The notes below the pieces were generated by a model. That model saw nothing but the letters and a program-made list of their open reading frames with translations. It made no database searches and was not told where the DNA came from. Shown in pieces: positions 1 to 4,806 of a stretch of 6,520 bases of DNA (positions within the stretch are counted from its first letter, which is position 1; the number at the start of each line of letters is the position of its first letter). Made by a program: the position numbers and the translations under genes. The DNA is from Vibrio cholerae ATCC 14035 (GTDB lineage: Bacteria; Pseudomonadota; Gammaproteobacteria; Enterobacterales; Vibrionaceae), in contig NZ_JHXR01000048.1 of NCBI RefSeq assembly GCF_000621645.1, positions 1 through 6,520 of the forward strand. The letters run 5' to 3'.

Positions 1-309
1 CTCTGTATTTGAGGTAATTTGAATATACTGCGTTCCAAATATACCTCTTTTGGCTATCAACTCGGCTTTTAGACCATGGAGAAAAACGTCTCCTCCCGTA
101 ACGGACAAATGTGCCTTCTTAAATAGGAATAGGGCTAAAAATAAATAGATAACAACCATAGTTGTCACTCCAACAAGGAATGACCATAGTTGAAATTCAG
201 TTTCGGTGAACCAGTTAAAAACAAGAGTAAAAACCACATAACTCGCCACCATGGACAACACTATTTTCGAGTGCAATTTCTTAGTTCTAAACTCTATATT
301 TCTGTTCAT
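1..309 (-). CDS. Hypothetical 2-TM membrane protein, 5' end present, 3' end runs off the left window edge (cassette 0)
   Basis: This ORF is not in the supplied track because it has no stop in the window; I translated it by hand from the ATG at 309..307. The product reads MNRNIEFRTKKLHSKIVLSMVASYVVFTLVFNWFTETEFQLWSFLVGVTTMVVIYLFLALFLFKKAHLSVTGGDVFLHGLKAELIAKRGIFGTQYIQITSNTE... It has two clear hydrophobic helices followed by a soluble region, and stays open for 103 codons to position 1. The SD is weak. In-frame TTG (321) and GTG (330) alternatives exist, so the start is uncertain. Confidence 0.55.
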   Translation of the reverse strand, partial: MNRNIEFRTKKLHSKIVLSMVASYVVFTLVFNWFTETEFQLWSFLVGVTTMVVIYLFLALFLFKKAHLSVTGGDVFLHGLKAELIAKRGIFGTQYIQITSNTE

Positions 310-339
310 CCGTAAATCCAAACTGTTCACTTGTGCATT

Positions 340-463
340 TAACGCCCGCCTAAGGGGCTGACAACGCATTACCACTAAACTCAAACACAACAACCGTAAC
401 CACCGCGGCTCAATGGGACTGGAAACGCCGCGCGTTGACAGTCCCTCTTGAGGCGTTTGTTAG
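340..463 (-). repeat. attC recombination site (VCR-A), attC of cassette 1
   Basis: The + strand reads TAACGCCCGCCTAAGGGGCTGACAACGC...GCGTTGACAGTCCCTCTTGAGGCGTTTGTTAG. On the minus strand the R' core is GTTAAAT (337..343), with the G|TT crossover at 343/342. Confidence 0.95.
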
Positions 464-483
464 CTCTCTGCTTGGCGAATAGG

Positions 484-726
484 TTACTGAAATTGTTCAC
501 CATGATTTTCTAAAGTTGTGCTACCACAGATAGCACAAACAACATATCTATCTGTTAATTCTAACGAAACGCCACCAGGTAAAGAGGCTGCCGAACTACT
601 AAAAAATCCATCTAGAAATGCTTTGAACTGCTCTCTTTTGGACTTACCGTACTTTGATGGCTTTTGCTTCATCACTTCTTTATGTTCAGTGTTCTTCCCA
701 CACTTTTCACAAAACCTTGTGCTCAT
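484..726 (-). CDS. Small (80 aa) split zinc-ribbon protein, function unknown (cassette 1)
   Basis: The ATG at 726..724 is preceded by AGGAG with a 5-nt spacer (TTTCAGGAGATAGTATG). The product is MSTRFCEKCGKNTEHKEVMKQKPSKYGKSKREQFKAFLDGFFSSSAASLPGGVSLELTDRYVVCAICGSTTLENHGEQFQ. It has CxxC knuckles at both ends and a Lys-rich segment in between. The 125-aa track ORF (484..861) is longer only because it reads through VCR-B. Confidence 0.7.
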   Translation of the reverse strand: MSTRFCEKCGKNTEHKEVMKQKPSKYGKSKREQFKAFLDGFFSSSAASLPGGVSLELTDRYVVCAICGSTTLENHGEQFQ

Positions 727-807
727 ACTATCTCCTGAAATATTGCTAAAAAGAACTTCAAATCCAGCTTGGCTTTTTGGACTCTGCGATGAACTTTGAA
801 AGAGAGC

Positions 808-931
808 TAACGCCCGCCTAAGGGGCTGACAACGCATTACCACTAAACTCAAACACCACAACCGAAACCACTGCGGCTCAATGGGACTGGAAACGCCGCG
901 CGTTGACAGTCCCTCTTGAGGCGTTTGTTAT
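808..931 (-). repeat. attC recombination site (VCR-B), attC of cassette 2
   Basis: A consensus VCR. It differs from VCR-A only at a few central positions (caccacaaccgaaaccactgcgg). The esterase stop codon lies 3 nt from its R'' end. Confidence 0.95.
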
Positions 932-933
932 GT

Positions 934-1851
934 TTAATTTTTGATTGCATTTGCAATATTTCTAATACAACGCCTTGCAGACTCACTTACACCCGACAGT
1001 TGATAGAAACCATGTATTACACCTAGGTAACGTTCACAATAAGCGTCAACACCTTGGGAAAGAAGCAACCTGTACAACTGCTCTCCTTCATCTCGCAGTG
1101 GGTCATACTCAGCAGTGATAATCAAGGTTGGAGGTAAACCTTGAAGATCCTTTCGTGCCAATAGATTCAGTTCTTTTTCACTGGCCAACCGCTCTGACTC
1201 ACCCGCATAAAGCTGGAAACCGGACAACAACATTTGTGCAGTAATAATGAAATCTGTACCGTTTTTCTGATAACTATCAGACACCCCCAAGGGGTCAACC
1301 ATGGGATATATTAGGATTTGTTTCTCAGGTAGCCACAGCTTTTTATTTTTCAAACGAAGTGCTGTAGCAAGAGCTAATTGTGCACCTGCACTATCACCGA
1401 CAAAGAATACATGTTCAGTATCGCCGCCATATTTATGACCATGTTCTTTGATACCTAATGCGGCCTGAAATACATCATCATGAGCTGATGGGTATGCATG
1501 CTCTGGTGCTAAGCGGTACTTAATGCAAACTACTATAGTCTCTGATAAATGAGCTAACTGCCTTAGTTGTGCTTCATGTGTTTCAAAACCACCGCTAATG
1601 AAACAACCGCCATGAAAATAAATTGTAATTGGCAAATCAATTTTATCGCTTGGCTTATAAACTTTGACTTGTATGCCATCCAGCTCATCAACAAACTCAT
1701 CGGCCATTTCAGGACTTGAGCCAGCCAAAACCGTACTTGAGAGATAACCTGCCCGACGCTCAGAAATAGTTTGTTTTGATGGACAGGGTTTTCCACTAGA
1801 AATGAACTCTTCAACGAGTTCTTTAATGCCACGCTCTAGATAGTTGGTCAT
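934..1851 (-). CDS. Alpha/beta-hydrolase fold-3 esterase/lipase, family IV (hormone-sensitive-lipase type) (cassette 2)
   Basis: The family IV signature motifs are all present. These are the oxyanion-hole HGG (IYFHGGCF), the nucleophile elbow GDSAG (FVGDSAGAQLA), the acidic residue in YDPLRDEG, and the catalytic His in GVIHGF. I place the start at Met33 of the track ORF (ATG 1851..1849, MTNYLERG...). The alternative ATG at 1947..1945 overlaps the attC R' box (GTTATG) and would add 32 aa. Confidence 0.85.
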   Translation of the reverse strand: MTNYLERGIKELVEEFISSGKPCPSKQTISERRAGYLSSTVLAGSSPEMADEFVDELDGIQVKVYKPSDKIDLPITIYFHGGCFISGGFETHEAQLRQLAHLSETIVVCIKYRLAPEHAYPSAHDDVFQAALGIKEHGHKYGGDTEHVFFVGDSAGAQLALATALRLKNKKLWLPEKQILIYPMVDPLGVSDSYQKNGTDFIITAQMLLSGFQLYAGESERLASEKELNLLARKDLQGLPPTLIITAEYDPLRDEGEQLYRLLLSQGVDAYCERYLGVIHGFYQLSGVSESARRCIRNIANAIKN

Positions 1852-1946
1852 ATTTAATTCTTCGAATGTGTTCAAAGCTCGAGATGATAGCCGAACACAT
1901 AAAACTGTATATAAAAACAGTGGCAATTTGTGATACTGATTAAACA

Positions 1947-2069
1947 TAACGCCCGCCTAAGGGGCTGGCAACGCACTACCACTAAACTCAAATACAACAA
2001 CTGCAACCACCGCGGCTCATTGGACTGGAAACGCCACGCGTTGACAGTCCCTCTTGAGGCGTTTGTTAG
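1947..2069 (-). repeat. attC recombination site (VCR-C), attC of cassette 3
   Basis: A consensus VCR with a 1-nt deletion (ctcattggactgg instead of ctcattgggactgg) and a GGCTGGCAACGC variant. Confidence 0.95.
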
Positions 2070-2084
2070 CCGTTTTTTTCAAAC

Positions 2085-2387
2085 CTACTGTTTCGTAAGC
2101 ATTAACCGACGCAAATCTCGCTCCGCACGCATAACAAAAAGAATACGAACCTTTGCATCATCATACTTGTAGAAAACACGACACGGACTTACAACGACTT
2201 CACGATAATTGAGGTGTTCTAGTTCTGGAGGGACGCGCCCAGACTCTGGAAAATCGGCCAAACGTTCAACTTTTGTAAAAACGGTTTGCACCAGTTGTTT
2301 AGCAGCCACGACATTTTCAAGCGCGATGTATTCAGCAATATCATTCAAGTCGGATAGAGCCAGCTCCGTCCAAATTATTTCAACCAT
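2085..2387 (-). CDS. Type II toxin, ParE/RelE superfamily (ParE-like) (cassette 3)
   Basis: The 100-aa product starts MVEIIWTELALSDLNDIAEYIA... and ends ...RVFYKYDDAKVRILFVMRAERD, which is the typical ParE_toxin fold pattern. It overlaps the upstream antitoxin gene by 13 nt. Confidence 0.85.
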   Translation of the reverse strand: MVEIIWTELALSDLNDIAEYIALENVVAAKQLVQTVFTKVERLADFPESGRVPPELEHLNYREVVVSPCRVFYKYDDAKVRILFVMRAERDLRRLMLTKQ

Positions 2388-2632
2388 TTTGACATTCTGT
2401 CCTTAGCATCTTGATGGCTGACCACTTTACCATCCGCTAAAGCTCGCTCTCCGCGAGCAATACCTTCCAGGATCGCTAAACGATTTTGCATAAATTCATA
2501 GTCGTCTACATCAATAAGGTAAGCTGACGGTTTTCCGTGCTCAGTTATCAATACTGGCTCTTTCGTATCATGAAGATCGGCAAGGATCTTAGTGGCCTGA
2601 CGTTTTAGTGACGTCACAAGTTCTACTTTCAT
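2375..2632 (-). CDS. Type II antitoxin, Phd/YefM family (cassette 3)
   Basis: The 85-aa product MKVELVTSLKRQATKILADLHDTKEPVLITEHGKPSAYLIDVDDYEFMQNRL has the canonical Phd/YefM N-terminal domain. GGAG lies 8 nt upstream of the ATG. The gene sits directly upstream of, and overlaps, the toxin gene. Confidence 0.88.
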   Translation of the reverse strand: MKVELVTSLKRQATKILADLHDTKEPVLITEHGKPSAYLIDVDDYEFMQNRLAILEGIARGERALADGKVVSHQDAKDRMSKWLK

Positions 2633-2657
2633 TTGAGCTGCTCCAAAGAAATACTAA

Positions 2658-2690
2658 AGTGATACTATTCTATCACTCTAAGCATAGCAA
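2658..2690 (-). promoter_or_regulatory. Putative sigma70 promoter with overlapping operator palindrome for the phd/parE-like operon
   Basis: On the minus strand, TTGCTA (2690..2685) is followed by a 17-nt spacer and TAGTAT (2667..2662). A perfect inverted repeat AGTGATA-N6-TATCACT (2677..2658) covers the -10 element. Confidence 0.6.
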
Positions 2691-2703
2691 GCTTTCAAAC
2701 GGC

Positions 2704-2824
2704 TAACGCCCGCTTAAGGGGCAGCCAACGCCACTACTAACTTACCGTATAACACCGTAATCACAAAAACCAACGCATAGTAAAAATGCCGCGCGTTGGC
2801 TGTCCCTCTTGAAGCGTTTGTTAT
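2704..2824 (-). repeat. attC recombination site (attC-D), divergent non-consensus VCR relative, attC of cassette 4
   Basis: The ends are conserved (TAACGCCCGCTTAAGGGGC...CCCTCTTGAAGCGTTTGTTAT), but the inner arms and central ~70 nt are unrelated to the other eight copies. Length is 120 nt. The inner arms GCAGCCAACGC / GCGTTGGCTGTC remain complementary. Confidence 0.85.
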
Positions 2825-2833
2825 ATTCGTAGC

Positions 2834-3367
2834 CTATTGATTAAAAAGTTGTTCTACCGTTTTCATCGGTAAGAACATACGAATACGCTCATTATGTTCG
2901 CACAATACTTCAAAGCCGAACTTCGTATAGAACGCTTGAGCGGAATCTGTCAGACAATCCACAACTATTGCGTATGCTCTCATGTGATGATTCACTTCCC
3001 ACAAGTACTTCAGCGCACGGATTAGACTGACCTTTCCAAGTCCAGAACCGTGAAATTCTTTGTGCACAGCTAACTGAGCCAACAGAAAAACAGGGATTGG
3101 ATACCTCGGTAGTTTCTTTGCTAATTGTGCCGGTAATGTTTCTCGGCTGATTGAGCTCGGTGCAACACTATAAAAGGCACAAATAGCGAATTTTTGATTT
3201 AACAGTGGGTGAGCACTAGGTAAAACCATTGTTCGGCTAATACCTGCTTGCATGTGCTTTGCAGCTTGAGTTTTGATAAATGTGTTTAGCTCTTGCTCAC
3301 CACAGTCAAATGAGTCGCGGTCATGCTTTGATTTACTAAGTTCTACAAACTCTTTGCCCCAACTCAC
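2834..3367 (-). CDS. GNAT-family acetyltransferase toxin (TacT/AtaT/KacT-like) (cassette 4)
   Basis: The 177-aa product carries an N-terminal KHDRDSFDCGEQELNTFIK motif, the acetyl-CoA loop region QLAVHKEFHGSGLGK, and FYTKFGF. The start codon is GTG (3367..3365), forming a GTGA overlap with the antitoxin stop. It is paired with an upstream DUF1778 gene. Confidence 0.85.
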   Translation of the reverse strand: MSWGKEFVELSKSKHDRDSFDCGEQELNTFIKTQAAKHMQAGISRTMVLPSAHPLLNQKFAICAFYSVAPSSISRETLPAQLAKKLPRYPIPVFLLAQLAVHKEFHGSGLGKVSLIRALKYLWEVNHHMRAYAIVVDCLTDSAQAFYTKFGFEVLCEHNERIRMFLPMKTVEQLFNQ

Positions 3368-3633
3368 TTGATACCGCTCTTCTCTGTAAATTTAACAGCT
3401 TCAAGCAAAGCTTGATTCGGTGCTTTTACTTTATTACACGCAGCCATAAACTCGTCAAAAACACTGTCTTTAACCATAATACTTTCATGCTCCTCAATAA
3501 CATGAGTCGCATCTTCGTCCATAAGTCTCACCACATATTCAGTGAGACTTTTTAAACCAAGTAAAGCCGATGCCTTTTCAGCTTTTGCCTTGATCTCTTC
3601 ATCAAGGCGGATATCTAAACGTGCCGTTGCCAT
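3364..3633 (-). CDS. DUF1778 (ribbon-helix-helix, TacA/AtaR-like) antitoxin (cassette 4)
   Basis: The start ATG at 3633..3631 is preceded by AGGAGG (GCAGGAGGGGTTATG). The 89-aa product begins MATARLDIRLDEEIKAKAEKASALLGLKSLTEYVV, a typical DUF1778 N-terminus. The 141-aa track ORF is an artefactual extension into VCR-E. Confidence 0.85.
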   Translation of the reverse strand: MATARLDIRLDEEIKAKAEKASALLGLKSLTEYVVRLMDEDATHVIEEHESIMVKDSVFDEFMAACNKVKAPNQALLEAVKFTEKSGIK

Positions 3634-3672
3634 AACCCCTCCTGCGTACGGATACATTCCGTCAGTTGAGCG

Positions 3673-3701
3673 ATTATAGGCCAAACTTAAAGCACATTCA
3701 A
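3673..3701 (-). promoter_or_regulatory. Putative strong sigma70 promoter of the cassette-4 TA operon
   Basis: On the minus strand, TTGAAT (3701..3696) is followed by a 17-nt spacer and the perfect -10 TATAAT (3678..3673). It is bracketed by two copies of CCGTACG (complement of 3704..3710 and 3644..3650), each containing the CGTACG palindrome. Confidence 0.65.
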
Positions 3702-3735
3702 TTCGTACGGAAAGTTTACGGGGCGAGGGAGAATA

Positions 3736-3859
3736 TAACGCCCGTCTAAGGGGCTGACAACGCATGACCACTAAACTCAAACACAACAACTGTAACCATC
3801 GCGGCTCAATGGGACTGGAAACGCCACGCGTTGACAGTCCCTCTTGAGGCGTTTGTTAT
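3736..3859 (-). repeat. attC recombination site (VCR-E), attC of cassette 5
   Basis: A consensus VCR with minor variants (CCCGTCTAAGG, gcatgaccac). Its R'' TAA (3858..3856) serves as the stop codon of the MazG-like ORF. Confidence 0.95.
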
Positions 3860-4227
3860 GTGTGTGCTGATGATTGCTCTTGTTCTAGCTCTTTTTTCTG
3901 CTTGAGTTTCACCTCATCCCAAGAAATACCATTCTCGATTGCAGATACACGTTCTTCATATTTCCGACATGCTCTTTGGACTACAGACTCAATCTTAACT
4001 CCTGCCTCTTTTTCGAGAGACAGGATCGTATTTAGGTAGTCCCACAGCACATCACCTAATTCATCTTCGAGGTAACAGAGTCGATTCTTAGGGATTTCTT
4101 CGACAACTTCATCGACTTCTTGTTTAATCTCAGCCAGATAAGTAGATGAGCCTAAATACCAAGAATTATTCTTGTCGAATTCAGATTTTCGTTTGGCTAC
4201 TTCAAGCAATTTATCAAGATGTTGCAT
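3856..4227 (-). CDS. MazG-like nucleoside triphosphate pyrophosphohydrolase, small all-alpha integron-cassette type (cassette 5)
   Basis: The 123-aa product carries paired acidic metal-binding motifs spaced as in the MazG/all-alpha NTP-PPase family (EIKQEVDEVVEE ... EDELGDVLWDYL). GGGAAG lies 4 nt upstream of the ATG at 4227. Only ~20 nt separate the attC and the start. Confidence 0.75.
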   Translation of the reverse strand: MQHLDKLLEVAKRKSEFDKNNSWYLGSSTYLAEIKQEVDEVVEEIPKNRLCYLEDELGDVLWDYLNTILSLEKEAGVKIESVVQRACRKYEERVSAIENGISWDEVKLKQKKELEQEQSSAHT

Positions 4228-4247
4228 TTAACTTCCCACAAAACACA

Positions 4248-4371
4248 TAACGCCCGCCTAAGGGGCTGGCAACGCAATACCACTGAACTCAACCACAACA
4301 ACCATAACCACTGCGGCTCATTGGGACTGGAAACGCCACGCGTTGACAGTCCCTCTTGAGGCGTTTGTTAT
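4248..4371 (-). repeat. attC recombination site (VCR-F), attC of cassette 6
   Basis: A consensus VCR. Its R'' TAA (4370..4368) serves as the stop codon of the cassette-6 ORF. Confidence 0.95.
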
Positions 4372-4655
4372 GCATTTTTTGCACTATTTAATGACGTTAT
4401 CATTATTTTAGCCATCTCAAGCTTTGTTTCTTTATCAGCAGTATCCTCAACAACTTTGAATGAGAGTAATACATTCTGAATATCAACTAAGCTATCGTGA
4501 TAGCCTTTCAATTGTTGTGTTGTTTTACTATAGAGCCAGAAGAATACACCAGAGATAAACTCTACAATCACGCCAGATCCCGCAGATATATAAGCAACAG
4601 AATCTGCATTAGTACATATTATGGCTTCCGCTATGGCATTTAATGCATTTTCCAA
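4368..4655 (-). CDS. Orphan 95-aa protein with one hydrophobic/TM segment and a helical acidic-basic tail; function unknown (cassette 6)
   Basis: The start codon is TTG (4655..4653), with a strong SD AAGGAG 7 nt upstream (AGAAAGGAGTTAATCTTTGGAA). There is no in-frame ATG until near the C-terminus. The product is MENALNAIAEAIICTNADSVAYISAGSGVIVEFISGVFFWLYSKTTQQLKGYHDSLVDIQNVLLSFKVVEDTADKETKLEMAKIMITSLNSAKNA. Confidence 0.7.
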   Translation of the reverse strand: MENALNAIAEAIICTNADSVAYISAGSGVIVEFISGVFFWLYSKTTQQLKGYHDSLVDIQNVLLSFKVVEDTADKETKLEMAKIMITSLNSAKNA

Positions 4656-4676
4656 AGATTAACTCCTTTCTAAAAC

Positions 4677-4800
4677 TAACGCCCGCCTAAGGGGCTGACA
4701 ACGCATTACCACTAAACTCAAACACAATAACTGTAACCACCGCGGCTCATTGGGACTGGAAACGCCACGCGTTGACAGTCCCTCTTGAGGCGTTTGTTAT
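4677..4800 (-). repeat. attC recombination site (VCR-G), attC of cassette 7
   Basis: A consensus VCR. On the minus strand the R' core is GTTAGTT. Confidence 0.95.
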
Positions 4801-4806
4801 ATGAAT

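Noticed and set aside
518-799. 93-aa + strand ORF antisense to the zinc-ribbon gene.
   Set aside because: It is a shadow ORF on the strand opposite a gene that has an SD and a CxxC...CxxC signature. It has no SD of its own, a low-complexity product, and runs against cassette polarity without a promoter.
727-861. The N-terminal extensions of track ORFs 484..861 and 3364..3789 begin with M(W/L)CLSLVVMRCQPLRRAL. The extension of 4807..5550 (MQLLCLSLVVCVVSPLGGRY) also begins inside a VCR. This suggested a conserved leader peptide.
   Set aside because: The shared peptide is simply the translation of the VCR repeat, which lacks stops in that frame. Each real gene has an internal ATG with a good SD downstream of the attC, at 726, 3633 and 5475. 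The DUF1778 homology begins exactly at the internal Met.
1563-1832. 89-aa minus-strand ORF in an alternative frame inside the esterase gene.
   Set aside because: It is fully nested in a CDS whose frame carries all the family IV esterase motifs. It has no independent SD or recognisable motif.
1947-2069. VCR hairpins acting as rho-independent terminators after each cassette ORF.
   Set aside because: The long stems could impede transcription, but none is followed by a U-tract in cassette sense (the sequence after R' is cassette-specific). I do not annotate them as terminators.
1930-2172. 80-aa + strand ORF spanning VCR-C and the 3' end of the ParE-like gene. A similar ORF at 5532..5756 on the minus strand spans VCR-H.
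   Set aside because: Most of each ORF is a translation of the attC repeat, or antisense to a well-supported gene or leader. These are artefacts of the stop-poor, GC-richer repeat.
2209-2406. 65-aa + strand ORF antisense to the ParE-like toxin. Two minus-strand ORFs, 5753..5941 and 6148..6366, are likewise antisense to the cassette-8 TA genes.
   Set aside because: These are antisense shadow ORFs with Ser/Ala/Thr-rich, low-complexity products and no SD. The opposite-strand genes have clear family signatures and translational coupling.
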